In this document: piece after piece, positions 1 through 9,373 of the stretch
How positions within the stretch are numbered: the stretch's first letter is position 1
How the letters are laid out: each line of letters starts with the position of its first letter
IMG/VR virus record: IMGVR_UViG_3300007735_000786
Location: 1 to 64,000 of that record
DNA length: 64,000 bases
Strand: one strand, 5' to 3'
Source: a virus
Translations under genes and position numbers: made by a program
Notes under the pieces: model-generated
Seen by the model: the letters and a program-made list of their open reading frames with translations, nothing else
What the model was told of the DNA's origin: nothing
Databases searched by the model: none

Positions 1-37
1 AGAAGAACGACAGTACGGTATCTACAAGTAAACTAAT

Positions 38-64
38 CGTCCTGAGCATGACGTTAAACTGCTC
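38..64 (+). promoter_or_regulatory. H-type pseudoknot motif, copy 1 (5' leader)
   Basis: CGTC-CT-GAGCA-T-GACG-TTAAAC-TGCTC: P1 CGTC/GACG, P2 GAGCA/TGCTC; 22 nt before ATG 87. Confidence 0.75.
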
Positions 65-86
65 ACATCCCAACGCAACTCAACTC

Positions 87-1709
87 ATGCAATTCCAACT
101 CCCATCAAACCTCCAACAACATCTCGTTAAGTACGACCCAGAACTTAAGAAGATCATCCCACCTAGTAAACCTAAGGTGTCACGCAACACTCTTGGGTTA
201 CCTGATGACATAATCCCTGCTCACATTATCAAGAAAGAAGTTCTATCACAGATACTTATTAACATCAACGCTGAACCAGTAGAAGAAAGATACTACATAT
301 TCAGAAAGGATACTACTGGGACCAAAGCTGTGATTTACCATGTAGAAAACTTGTGGGTAGCAGCTTGGCTGCCTAACCCTGGAGAAGATTATGTTTACGG
401 AATATCATTTGCTTGTAAAGCTAGTGCTTTTAACAAGATCAATATACCATTTGGATATAAAGGTGAGCGTCTATTCAATATAGATACTGTCACACCTAAG
501 AAGTATGGACGTACTGATTTCTATACCTGGACGGACTACATAACAATAGATCACATTAAGAATGGATTAACTAATCCGTACTGGCTACATAATACAACTT
601 CATACAAGCAGAAGTTACAAGAGATCAAGCGGAACTTAACTTCGTTTACTACACAGCTCAAACAGTCTATTCCTCATTGGAAAGATACTAGTGCACATTA
701 CATATTCGAGAGACTTCATCCAGTAAAGAATAGTTATACTCATATCTTACGTATACCACAAGAGTATCCCTCAGTGCCAGGAGTAGAACTATATAAGATG
801 TATCTAGATGAAAACAATAGCCACGTACTTGATACACCCTGGTTCAAGCGTTACATCAATACAGAAGCACAAAAGATAATCTCTGCCTTCCATGATCCAA
901 CTACTACATCTCCTGACGTACTAGTGAAGATGCATGATGAAGTAAAGCATACGCTTGCATGGATTAACAGGATACTTAAGATCTGGCCTGACTGTCCTAT
1001 TGATTACTTACAAACAGCAATAGCTAACAATACATTTGCATTACTTACACAGCATAGTTTTTACTGGGCAGTAGATTCATTTGACGCATTAAAGACTTGG
1101 CTTAATACTTATTTACCTATAGAGTCATTCTTTAAAATCCTTACTAAATATACAGATGAATTAAAGACTAGACCTACAGGAAGAAGTACTAAACATACAT
1201 TCCACTTGTTGGTTGACACAATAACTATGCTTGATCAGATACTTACAGCAGGTGAGACTATTAATCCACCTAAACGTTGGCGCATAGAAGAATTCCATGA
1301 TCACATCCAAGTAAAAGCTTGGACAATAAAGAATCCTAATCAATGCTTACCACAGGATTTATTTCCTACTCCTATTAAAGTATTAGATAAAGATCAGACA
1401 TGGACCTTTATACAACCAATAGATACGCATCAACTGTCCCTATGGGGACAAGCTGTACGTAACTGTGTTGGTGCAGCATCATCATATGCTAATGCTGTTA
1501 AGACTAAGAAGGCATTCATTGTCTTGTGTCTATGTAACAATAGACCTCAGTTCACTGTCATGCTTAAAGTGTCCAATGGTGTCATGCACGTAGACCAGAT
1601 TGTTGGCCTATCCAATGCCAGGCTTAACGATGTTGAAAGAAATATTTATGAAGATAAGTTTAGCAGGGCGTTGCAGCTACGAGAAGAAGAACTAAGATTA
1701 GGTAACTGA
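87..1709 (+). CDS. PcfJ-like domain protein
   Basis: C-terminal pattern IQPIDTHQLSLWGQAVRNCVG...YA...FTV...DQIVG.SN resembles the PcfJ-like domain; start moved to ATG 87 because ATG 48 lies inside the pseudoknot. Confidence 0.65.
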   Translation: MQFQLPSNLQQHLVKYDPELKKIIPPSKPKVSRNTLGLPDDIIPAHIIKKEVLSQILININAEPVEERYYIFRKDTTGTKAVIYHVENLWVAAWLPNPGEDYVYGISFACKASAFNKINIPFGYKGERLFNIDTVTPKKYGRTDFYTWTDYITIDHIKNGLTNPYWLHNTTSYKQKLQEIKRNLTSFTTQLKQSIPHWKDTSAHYIFERLHPVKNSYTHILRIPQEYPSVPGVELYKMYLDENNSHVLDTPWFKRYINTEAQKIISAFHDPTTTSPDVLVKMHDEVKHTLAWINRILKIWPDCPIDYLQTAIANNTFALLTQHSFYWAVDSFDALKTWLNTYLPIESFFKILTKYTDELKTRPTGRSTKHTFHLLVDTITMLDQILTAGETINPPKRWRIEEFHDHIQVKAWTIKNPNQCLPQDLFPTPIKVLDKDQTWTFIQPIDTHQLSLWGQAVRNCVGAASSYANAVKTKKAFIVLCLCNNRPQFTVMLKVSNGVMHVDQIVGLSNARLNDVERNIYEDKFSRALQLREEELRLGN

Positions 1710-1735
1710 TCTACCGATAGGTCAGTTACTTAATC
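1696..1735 (+). other. 18-bp RNA hairpin (two G-U pairs, CCGA loop)
   Basis: GATTAGGTAACTGATCTA-CCGA-TAGGTCAGTTACTTAATC spanning the stop codon of the PcfJ-like gene. Confidence 0.6.
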
Positions 1736-1794
1736 CTTATTAAGTAATCAACCTATCTTAAACAGTCAGTAGTACCAGACTACGTTTGTATCTC

Positions 1795-2034
1795 ATGACA
1801 CAAAACTACACCGATGATCAACTACTAGCTATGGCTATGGGAAACCTTGGTACTTTTATTGAAACAAATACAAGACATTACATTCTTATAGAAGATGACC
1901 CGCGTAATGAAGAAGACTACGACACATGGTCTTATGGTACTGAACCAGTACCTGGTGATCAGACCTGGAAAATAGGTGCTATTGAAGTTGAATCAATTAC
2001 AATTGATGACACACTAATACTTGGCAGTGCTTAG
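1795..2034 (+). CDS. hypothetical protein
   Basis: ORF in co-oriented early gene array. Confidence 0.6.
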   Translation: MTQNYTDDQLLAMAMGNLGTFIETNTRHYILIEDDPRNEEDYDTWSYGTEPVPGDQTWKIGAIEVESITIDDTLILGSA

Positions 2035-2048
2035 CACGTAAGCCCAAG
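2020..2048 (+). promoter_or_regulatory. CTTGGCA...GTAAGCCCAAG stem-loop motif, copy 1
   Basis: CTTGG/CCAAG stem with internal loop; near-identical copy at 48824-48852 (-). Confidence 0.55.
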
Positions 2049-2075
2049 ATATACGTTCACTTACTACACAACCAC

Positions 2076-2438
2076 ATGCAAATTCTTGCTGCCTTCAAAC
2101 ATCTCATTCCTGAACTACATGCTTACTCCGATGATGACAAACGTTACAACCTTGGCGCTACATGGACAGCGCCTGATGGGCTACAAGACTTCCACAATTT
2201 GGAGCTACGATACGTTCATAACTCTGAACGTCTTGCGCTCCAAGGGGATCCGCAACTTGATGGTAGCTGGCGATACATTGAACCCAATGGTTCCGTGCAT
2301 ACCATCTCAGCTGAACGTGCAGCTAAATTTATGGATGACACCAATCGCCATGCCAATATCATGTGCGATATGTTAGACAAGTTAAAAGAACATGGTTTAA
2401 GTTCTACCATGGTAACTACCAACGCTACAGCAGCGTAA
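2076..2438 (+). CDS. hypothetical protein
   Basis: 120-aa ORF in operon context. Confidence 0.7.
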   Translation: MQILAAFKHLIPELHAYSDDDKRYNLGATWTAPDGLQDFHNLELRYVHNSERLALQGDPQLDGSWRYIEPNGSVHTISAERAAKFMDDTNRHANIMCDMLDKLKEHGLSSTMVTTNATAA

Positions 2439-2456
2439 CTTCTTTGTACACTTCAC

Positions 2457-2479
2457 GCCCCTGCTTTAGCGGGGGCTTT
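2457..2479 (+). terminator. intrinsic terminator-like hairpin
   Basis: GCCCCTGC-TTTA-GCGGGGGC followed by a short T run. Confidence 0.5.
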
Positions 2480-2483
2480 ACCT

Positions 2484-2876
2484 ATGACTGATGCCACTAG
2501 CCCTGAGTTCATTGATCTCAATCTTGTAGATCAAATTATGGAAGTTATTCCACCATTAACCTGGCCCACAGTTCTTAATGGTGTAATCAACCAGATTATT
2601 GATGCTATGCCTAGTGATGTTCTGTTAAGGCTCACTGGAGATCCAATAGGTTTTGAAGAAGCTGAAAAGCTTTTATTTGCGTACTATGCAGAACCTGAAA
2701 GGGAGAAAAAGGATCTTATCCTTGATGCCTTTAGGTGTATAGGAGAAGAACAACTTTGTTACTTCTTGGATTCATTGGATCTTGAGAAGTTAAACAAACG
2801 TTTAGAACAACGTGCAGATACTGCGCCATGTTCTGTAGAAAAAACAAAAGAGTTCAATGACTTTTGGTTTGATTAA
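2484..2876 (+). CDS. hypothetical protein
   Basis: 130-aa ORF in operon context. Confidence 0.7.
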   Translation: MTDATSPEFIDLNLVDQIMEVIPPLTWPTVLNGVINQIIDAMPSDVLLRLTGDPIGFEEAEKLLFAYYAEPEREKKDLILDAFRCIGEEQLCYFLDSLDLEKLNKRLEQRADTAPCSVEKTKEFNDFWFD

Positions 2877-2883
2877 TTTTGAT

Positions 2884-2910
2884 GGACCTAGGATGTCCTT
2901 AAACTCAACT
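2884..2910 (+). promoter_or_regulatory. H-type pseudoknot motif, copy 2
   Basis: GGAC-CT-AGGA-T-GTCC-TTAAAC-TCAACT: P1 covaries to GGAC/GTCC, P2 weaker (bulged); 23 nt before ATG 2934. Confidence 0.6.
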
Positions 2911-2933
2911 GCATTCCATTACTACACAACACC

Positions 2934-3695
2934 ATGCAACTCCTTAAATTCAGCACAGGCAACGGCAAACTTTCTAATCGTTTGATCTTTAATATTCCAG
3001 CAGGGTACACGTGCCCACATGCTGGTGTATGTAAGACATTTGCTGACAAGACTACGGGTAAGATCACTGATCTACCGCAACTCACAGGTACAACTGCACT
3101 TGAGTTTAGATGCTTTGCCGCCATGGCAGAGACTAGGCCTACTGTACGTGACTCACGTTGGTACAACTGGGATCTATTAAGAAAAGCTTTATATTCAGGA
3201 GAGAATCAAATCAACCAATTAAGTGCATTAATTAAATTGTCTTTGATTGCACAAACCGATATGAATCTTATACGTATACATGAGAGTGGTGACTTCTGGA
3301 CAGAGAATTATATGGCAGCTTGGATTAAAGTTGCACAAGAAGATCCTGATAATACCTACTATGCTTACACTAAATCACTAGGTATGTGGCTTAGCTTGCA
3401 AGATAGTATACCTAATAACTTTATGTTGACCGCATCTGTAGGTGGCACACTTGACTACTTACTTCCTAAGTATCCGGATGTGTTTAAACGTATAGCCTAT
3501 GTTGTATACACAGAAGAGGAGGCGGCTACACGTGGACTAGAGATAGACCATGACGATAGTCATTGCTTAGGAGATAAACCGTTTGCACTATTGGTGCATG
3601 GGTCCCAACGAGCAGGGTCTGACGCAAGTAAAGCGCTTGCCAAACGAAAGAAGGATGGTGGTTTTATTGGTTACAACAAAAAGAAAGTAGCGTAA
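2934..3695 (+). CDS. phage Gp88-like protein
   Basis: GNGKL, TCPHAGVC...CFA, IRIHESGDF and YAYTK motifs typical of the gene product 88 family. Confidence 0.7.
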   Translation: MQLLKFSTGNGKLSNRLIFNIPAGYTCPHAGVCKTFADKTTGKITDLPQLTGTTALEFRCFAAMAETRPTVRDSRWYNWDLLRKALYSGENQINQLSALIKLSLIAQTDMNLIRIHESGDFWTENYMAAWIKVAQEDPDNTYYAYTKSLGMWLSLQDSIPNNFMLTASVGGTLDYLLPKYPDVFKRIAYVVYTEEEAATRGLEIDHDDSHCLGDKPFALLVHGSQRAGSDASKALAKRKKDGGFIGYNKKKVA

Positions 3696-3698
3696 AGG

Positions 3699-3726
3699 TT
3701 GCGTTTTATCTGAGGGTGTGTACTAT
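3699..3726 (+). promoter_or_regulatory. sigma70-type promoter candidate
   Basis: TTGCGT-N16-TACTAT with extended TG; overlaps an imperfect inverted repeat at 3711-3743. Confidence 0.45.
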
Positions 3727-3751
3727 GCTGGTGCACATCCTCATTTAAATC

Positions 3752-3985
3752 ATGTCCTACGTTATCGCAACATGGAAAGACAACAAACCATACGTCATCC
3801 ATTCCAATATAGAAGCTATGAAATTCGAGCTGATACCACTAGACTCACAAGGCGCAATCAATAGAATGTATTCCAACCCACATCGGGCTGGTGCACAACA
3901 AATTTTGACATGGATCAAAAGCAATGACACAAAACTTAACAGTGAAGACCTCAAGATTTGTGATGAGTCCCAGTTCCGTAAATGA
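3752..3985 (+). CDS. hypothetical protein
   Basis: 77-aa ORF immediately upstream of the DNA polymerase. Confidence 0.65.
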   Translation: MSYVIATWKDNKPYVIHSNIEAMKFELIPLDSQGAINRMYSNPHRAGAQQILTWIKSNDTKLNSEDLKICDESQFRK

Positions 3986-6569
3986 ATGTTGGCTTATCTT
4001 TGATATAGAAACTGACGGACTTTATGATCAAGCTACTAAAACATTCTGCATTGTCATCTATGATGTCACACGAGCAGAAACTTTTGCTTATGGGCCTGAT
4101 CGCATTGCTGATGCTATTGCTCATCTGGCAACCGCTGATGTTCTTATAGGACACAATATAATCTTTTATGATCTCCCTGTTCTCCAAAAACTACATTCGT
4201 TTGTCGCCAAAGCACGCATCATTGATACGCTCATCTGTACACGCATCATCTGGCCTAAAGAAAAACTCTATGACCTTGACATAGAACAGTATCCAAATGT
4301 ACCAGTAAAGATAAGAGGTAATGCATCACTTAAAGCTTGGGGTTGGCGTCTTGCTGATAACAAAATTGACTTTAAAGACTTCTCTGAATACTCAGAGGAG
4401 ATGCTTACATACTGTAAACAAGATGTCCAAGTAACACTAAAGTTATATAAGCATATTGTGAAGGAGAAGTATCCTGAATCAGCGCTTAGGCTTGAGCACG
4501 ACTTCGCACTTGCAATTAATAAACAGATTAGAGCCGGTGTTCCATTTGATGTAGATGCCTGTCTTGATCTAGTAGATAACCTTAGAAAAAAGAAAGTAGA
4601 ACTAGAAGAACAACTAAAACAAATCTTTCCACCTATTAAACATAAGACTTGGTTCACACCTAAGGTGAATAATGCTGCCCGTGGTTATGTGAAAGACGTA
4701 CCATTTGAAAAAACAATAACAGAAGAATTTAACCCTGGTTCACGTAAACAAATTATTGAGCGACTCAAAAGTAAGTATGGGTGGGAACCAGAGAAGACAA
4801 CAGAGAAAGGTAATCCAATTCTTGATGATGAAGTAATTGAAAAGTTACCATACTCAGAAGCTAAACCATTAGCTGAATACATGTTAATTAAAAAACGTTT
4901 AGGACAAATAGAAGATGGAAACAACGCTTGGCTCAAGCTTGTTAATAACAACACTGGTCGTATGCACGGTGATGTTATTACTAACGGTTGTATTACTGGT
5001 CGTGCAAGTCATCGTCATCCCAACATGGGTCAAGTCCCTGCTAGTTATTCACCATATGGTAAAGAATGTCGTGCGTTATTTCATGCGCCCCAAGGATGGG
5101 ACATGATTGGTATAGATGCCAAAGCTTTAGAGCTGCGTTGTCTTGCTGGTTACTTAGCTTATTGGGATCAAGGTGAATATGCCAAGCTTGTTATTAATCC
5201 TGAATCAGATATACATACCATTAACCAAAAGTTATTTGGTGTAGAGACTAGGGATATAGCTAAGCGTTTACTCTATGCCTGTGTTCCTACTGATATAACA
5301 ACAGTGCTTACAAAAGAAGGATGGAAAACATATGATGAATTAAAAGTTGGTCAATTAGTTTTAACTTACAACGAAGAAAAAGAAATAAAAGAATGGAAAC
5401 CTATTCTTGAAATCATACCTGAACATGAAGATGATGTTTGGCAAATGCAACATAATCACTCATTCAAAATACAAGCTACCGCTGACCATCGGTGGTATGT
5501 AAAGAAACGTAAACGTAATAAAAATGTATCTTGTGGTTGGAGCACAGGTAAAAATTATATGGCGCCTAAAGTTGAAACAACAACAGAAATAAATACTGAA
5601 TCTAATATTATTGTTAATGCTTTATTAGTTGAACCTGAGTCTTTGCCAATTGACATTGATTGGAAGTGGCGAAAATACGGTACAGATTGGACTAAAGTTA
5701 TTTTACAAATGAACCAAGCTCAACGTAAAGCTTGGCTATCTGGATTCATAATTGCTGATGGATTTCAATCATGTAAACCAAATCAAAAAGAGAAATGGCA
5801 TTGGACACAAATACGCAATGAACATTATGAAGCAGCTTTAGTTGCTTCTTATTTGGAATTTCCAGGGGTAATCCATGTTGCTAAGCCATCACTCAATGCT
5901 AGTGGTACTACACAAATGCATGTGAGCATTGCAAATAAAGGTCATGTTACTGGACAAAAATTACAAAAGACTTACGCAGGAAAAAAGAAAGTGTTTTGTA
6001 TACGTACCGAAAATAAATCTTTTGTTATGCGCCAAGGGGATTGTATTACCATTACAGGAAATTGTTTGTATGGTGCAGGCTCTTTGAAAATGGGAGGAAT
6101 TATTAATCCACATGAAAAAGATGAAGCAGTTCTGCGTAATCTAGGAAAAACTGCAATGAATTTATTCCTTAAAGGTGTACCTGCATTGGCTGAACTTAAG
6201 GCAAAGATTGAGAGTTACATCTTAACTCGTCAACATTTAATTGGTCTTGACAAACGTGTCTTGTATTGTCGTTCACCTTTTAAAGGTTTGAATGTGTTGT
6301 TACAATCAGCAGGTGCAATCCTAATGAAACAAGTTGTAATAACAATACATAAGAACATTGAGACAAACTTGTCCTTGCCCCATGGTCAAGAGTGGGAACA
6401 AGTTTTAATGGTACATGATGAAGTTCAATTGGTTTGTAACCCTAAATACACAGAACAGATTAGAGAACAAGCTATGCTTGCCTTCCCTCAAGCACAGGAA
6501 TTCTTTGAGTTCCTTTGTCTTATAGAAGGAGATTCTCGTGTAGGATCTGACTGGTCAGCGACACACTGA
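3963..6569 (+). CDS. polA: family A DNA polymerase (T7 gp5-like) with intein
   Basis: Exo I FDIETDGL, Exo II GHNIIFYD, motif A DAKALELR, motif B KRLLYA/CLYG (split by intein), motif C VHDEVQ; exact start uncertain. Confidence 0.95.
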   Translation: MSPSSVNECWLIFDIETDGLYDQATKTFCIVIYDVTRAETFAYGPDRIADAIAHLATADVLIGHNIIFYDLPVLQKLHSFVAKARIIDTLICTRIIWPKEKLYDLDIEQYPNVPVKIRGNASLKAWGWRLADNKIDFKDFSEYSEEMLTYCKQDVQVTLKLYKHIVKEKYPESALRLEHDFALAINKQIRAGVPFDVDACLDLVDNLRKKKVELEEQLKQIFPPIKHKTWFTPKVNNAARGYVKDVPFEKTITEEFNPGSRKQIIERLKSKYGWEPEKTTEKGNPILDDEVIEKLPYSEAKPLAEYMLIKKRLGQIEDGNNAWLKLVNNNTGRMHGDVITNGCITGRASHRHPNMGQVPASYSPYGKECRALFHAPQGWDMIGIDAKALELRCLAGYLAYWDQGEYAKLVINPESDIHTINQKLFGVETRDIAKRLLYACVPTDITTVLTKEGWKTYDELKVGQLVLTYNEEKEIKEWKPILEIIPEHEDDVWQMQHNHSFKIQATADHRWYVKKRKRNKNVSCGWSTGKNYMAPKVETTTEINTESNIIVNALLVEPESLPIDIDWKWRKYGTDWTKVILQMNQAQRKAWLSGFIIADGFQSCKPNQKEKWHWTQIRNEHYEAALVASYLEFPGVIHVAKPSLNASGTTQMHVSIANKGHVTGQKLQKTYAGKKKVFCIRTENKSFVMRQGDCITITGNCLYGAGSLKMGGIINPHEKDEAVLRNLGKTAMNLFLKGVPALAELKAKIESYILTRQHLIGLDKRVLYCRSPFKGLNVLLQSAGAILMKQVVITIHKNIETNLSLPHGQEWEQVLMVHDEVQLVCNPKYTEQIREQAMLAFPQAQEFFEFLCLIEGDSRVGSDWSATH
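5280..6062 (+). mobile_element. intein in DNA polymerase motif B (261 aa)
   Basis: Begins CVPTDITTVLTKEGW, block B TADHRW, ends FVMRQGDCITITGN followed by Cys+1; only one LAGLIDADG-like motif (LSGFIIADG). Confidence 0.9.
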
Positions 6570-6574
6570 TCGAC

Positions 6575-6603
6575 CGTCCTCCGAGTATGACGTTAAACTG
6601 CTC
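6575..6603 (+). promoter_or_regulatory. H-type pseudoknot motif, copy 3
   Basis: CGTC-CTCC-GAGTA-T-GACG-TTAAAC-TGCTC (U-G wobble in P2); 23 nt before ssb ATG 6627. Confidence 0.75.
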
Positions 6604-6626
6604 TACCACCTAACCCCTGACATCAA

Positions 6627-7430
6627 ATGAATTATGTTGACGCATGCGCTGTACTGAACGAGACTCCTCGTGAGGTATTCACCAGTGCTACTTCATCCAA
6701 TCTGTGTGCAGAAGTTATCCTTCCACCTGCAGGAAACAAATCCCCAACTCACATCAAACTTCATGTTTACGGAAAAGCTTGCGACAAGTTTAAAGACCTA
6801 CTCAAGGGAACACGGATCTACATACATGGCTCGAAGCTACGGCATGATCTGGAGACCCGTACGCACTCACTGCATGGTGGAGTTATCGCTGCGGTTACTG
6901 AATCATTTCCAATCTTTAACGACGTCATCCTTACCGGACGATGTGTAAAAGACATTGATGAAAAAGATCCACGTTCATTTAGAACTACGCCAGAAGGTTT
7001 GATGATTTGTAATCAAACACTTGCTGTTAACACAGGACGTAATCAGTCTGATCTGTTTAACTTCTCTGCTATTAATAGCGCACAAGATAAGTTAAATCAA
7101 GCTGAACTACTTGCAAACTTCACGCGTAAAGGAACAGGACTTACAATTCGTGGTCGTTTAGTAACCGACTCGTGGATTGATAAAGACACCAAAGAAAAAC
7201 GTGCGTACGTAAAAATTCAATTAGTACAAATGACCCTTGCACCTAAGGTGACTTCTAGTTCAACAGAACCAGGGGCACCTAAACCTCAAGCACAAGTAAC
7301 TAGCACAGGTCCGACCTTGTCAGATCCAGTGGAAACTGCTAGTCTTTGGGGCACAACCAGTGTTGGATTACCTGATCTACCTGGTGTGTATTCAGCTCCT
7401 ACCTTCAACGAATCTGAACCTCCATTCTGA
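6627..7430 (+). CDS. ssb: single-stranded DNA-binding protein (tandem OB folds)
   Basis: VILTGR...LAVN...AELLANFTRKG...IRGRL.TDSW.DK.T pattern; acidic tail ending in PF. Confidence 0.85.
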   Translation: MNYVDACAVLNETPREVFTSATSSNLCAEVILPPAGNKSPTHIKLHVYGKACDKFKDLLKGTRIYIHGSKLRHDLETRTHSLHGGVIAAVTESFPIFNDVILTGRCVKDIDEKDPRSFRTTPEGLMICNQTLAVNTGRNQSDLFNFSAINSAQDKLNQAELLANFTRKGTGLTIRGRLVTDSWIDKDTKEKRAYVKIQLVQMTLAPKVTSSSTEPGAPKPQAQVTSTGPTLSDPVETASLWGTTSVGLPDLPGVYSAPTFNESEPPF

Positions 7431-7654
7431 TGACTACTACACACAACCAGTTCACTTTCTTACATGAAGACGGTGAAGACCGCATCTTGTACGAATTTAA
7501 AGCAGTAACTACTGATGAAATTATGCGTAGGTTTACAGACTTCTTGAAAGGTTGTGGACACTATGACAGTTGCATCGTAAGCGCCATGCAAGAAATTATT
7601 GAAGAGCATCGAACATCTAAATCTCCTTTAGATATTCTTTTTGATTCTGTTTAA
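7430..7654 (+). CDS. hypothetical protein
   Basis: Coupled to ssb stop; FTDFLKGCG motif common in small phage proteins. Confidence 0.7.
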   Translation: MTTTHNQFTFLHEDGEDRILYEFKAVTTDEIMRRFTDFLKGCGHYDSCIVSAMQEIIEEHRTSKSPLDILFDSV

Positions 7655-7660
7655 AATTGA

Positions 7661-7685
7661 CGTCGAGCTGGACGTTAAACGTAGC
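7661..7685 (+). promoter_or_regulatory. H-type pseudoknot motif, copy 4
   Basis: CGTC-GA-GCTG-GACG-TTAAAC-G-TAGC: P2 GCTG/TAGC; 22 nt before ATG 7708. Confidence 0.65.
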
Positions 7686-7707
7686 ATTCCTGTCCTCTGA
7701 ACTTACT

Positions 7708-8751
7708 ATGATTGCTCTCATGGCCACTAAGAAAACCACCTCAAGCGGGAGTGATAACTCCTCATCCCTGGTATCTAAGAGGAGTCTTGACTCCTTTCGG
7801 ATGTTCCAGTCCAAAGAATTTGTTTCTGGCTACCAGAATCTAGTTACCATTCAACCATTAAACAAATCTAAAACACGTGGTTGGTTTGTTCGCAAGTCCG
7901 ACTTGGACACCTGTGGATGGACTGCTACTGAAGATCAGTTTGCGAATGGTTCTGTTATTTGGGACTATAAACAAACGTTTGGTATGGCACCAAATACTTC
8001 CATTGAGGAAGGGTTGAACTTTACTGAGCCTCGTCTGCAAATACTCTTGCGTTCTCCACTTATGGTGGAAGAAACCAGCGGTATGCGTCAAACGATTGGT
8101 ACCTTTGAAGATCCAGAAGTAAAGCAGATGTTCGATAACGATCGTCTTGCTGCTGAACTAGAGAACAGCAAAGGTAACATGTACAAACGTAAGTACAGTG
8201 TACGTACAAAATACCTTGTGTTTGTCTTAACGCAAGACAACAAAAGAGCACATAAGATCCCAATGGTCCTTACTCTTAAGGGCTTGAATGGAACTGATGT
8301 CAGCGACAAGGTTAAGCTTTATGAAAAGGAGATGTCTAAATGCCTTAGCAAAGCATTGGACTCTGAAATTCCCTTGGCATTCAATGAAAAGTTCTATGCC
8401 ACTACAGTGTTTACTCCCCTCTTGGCTAACGAGATGCGTGGTGCAAACAATGTAGAGATCTGTGCTATTGAAAGCTTTGAGATTCCTGATTACAGTTCGC
8501 AAGAAGCTGCAATCGAATCTTTAAGTAACATGTCGATTCCTGATGAAGATCGTGAATCTACATGGAAAATGCAAGGGATGTTTGAAGACTACATCAACCA
8601 ACATGCTCGTCAGGATGCCAAGAAACTTGGTGGTGCCTACGGTATTGCAGAAGGTGTAGAAATCTTACCTATCTCACGTTCTAGTAACACAGTTGACGTA
8701 AAGGTTCTGCCTGCACGCAATGAAATTACTGGCGAAGACGACAGCCTTTAA
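7708..8751 (+). CDS. conserved cyanobacterial/phage protein (DUF5895-like), replication/recombination module
   Basis: Long ORF next to ssb; family assignment from recollection only. Confidence 0.55.
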   Translation: MIALMATKKTTSSGSDNSSSLVSKRSLDSFRMFQSKEFVSGYQNLVTIQPLNKSKTRGWFVRKSDLDTCGWTATEDQFANGSVIWDYKQTFGMAPNTSIEEGLNFTEPRLQILLRSPLMVEETSGMRQTIGTFEDPEVKQMFDNDRLAAELENSKGNMYKRKYSVRTKYLVFVLTQDNKRAHKIPMVLTLKGLNGTDVSDKVKLYEKEMSKCLSKALDSEIPLAFNEKFYATTVFTPLLANEMRGANNVEICAIESFEIPDYSSQEAAIESLSNMSIPDEDRESTWKMQGMFEDYINQHARQDAKKLGGAYGIAEGVEILPISRSSNTVDVKVLPARNEITGEDDSL

Positions 8752-8764
8752 TTAAACCAAACTT

Positions 8765-8792
8765 AGGGTCAGCATTTATGCTGGCCCTTTTT
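8765..8792 (+). terminator. intrinsic terminator
   Basis: AGGGTCAGCA-TTTA-TGCTGGCCCT followed by a T run. Confidence 0.75.
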
Positions 8793-8806
8793 CACATGTA
8801 TTTACA

Positions 8807-9187
8807 ATGACCCAACAATTTTCTCAATCACAACTCAATCACATGAAAGAACTAAGGGAATCAGGTAGTAGTCAACGTGTTGTTGCATCAATGTACAATT
8901 GTCATCGAAAGACAATTTACTATTGGGAGTCACGTGCTTTTGTACTAACTAACAATTCAATAATGTTCCAGGCTCAAGGACGTTATCGTTCCAACTCAAA
9001 GTACTTTGTTAAGCAAGAGGAGCTTAACAGAATGAAAAAGTTAAGAGAGCAAGGTTTGTCCCAAGAAACGGTGGCTGGTTTGCTAGGACGTTCAAGAGTT
9101 ACAGTTCGTCATTGGGAACGTCGTTCATTCCTTTTGGATGATAAGCTTCCTGCATCAGGTCCAGTGCATCCTTCACTAGTCCCTTGA
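8807..9187 (+). CDS. tandem helix-turn-helix DNA-binding protein
   Basis: Two repeats of MK.LRE.G.SQ..VA......R.T...WE.R.F. Confidence 0.75.
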   Translation: MTQQFSQSQLNHMKELRESGSSQRVVASMYNCHRKTIYYWESRAFVLTNNSIMFQAQGRYRSNSKYFVKQEELNRMKKLREQGLSQETVAGLLGRSRVTVRHWERRSFLLDDKLPASGPVHPSLVP

Positions 9188-9329
9188 TCACCACTTGTCT
9201 TGTTGTTGCAATCTTGGTAAGTAACACTGCCATCTCTCGTAACTCAGCGATAGATGAGCAGTCGTTAATTTGTCGAGTCATCTTCTCTTGCCAGAACATA
9301 TCTTCTGGCGACAGTATGAATTGCAACAT
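9099..9329 (-). CDS. NblA-like phycobilisome degradation adaptor (putative)
   Basis: LSPEDMF...I....IAELREMAVLL......RQVVIKGLVK matches NblA helix-loop-helix spacing; own TACAAT -10 upstream. Confidence 0.5.
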   Translation of the reverse strand: MLQFILSPEDMFWQEKMTRQINDCSSIAELREMAVLLTKIATTRQVVIKGLVKDALDLMQEAYHPKGMNDVPNDEL

Positions 9330-9373
9330 TAGCCACTACTCAATTACTAATCCTCATTGTAACCTCTCGAACC

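Noticed and set aside
48-86. ORF-track starts at 48 and 7657
   Set aside because: They fall inside or overlap pseudoknot copies; ATG 87 and ATG 7708 match the 22-23 nt spacing of the other copies
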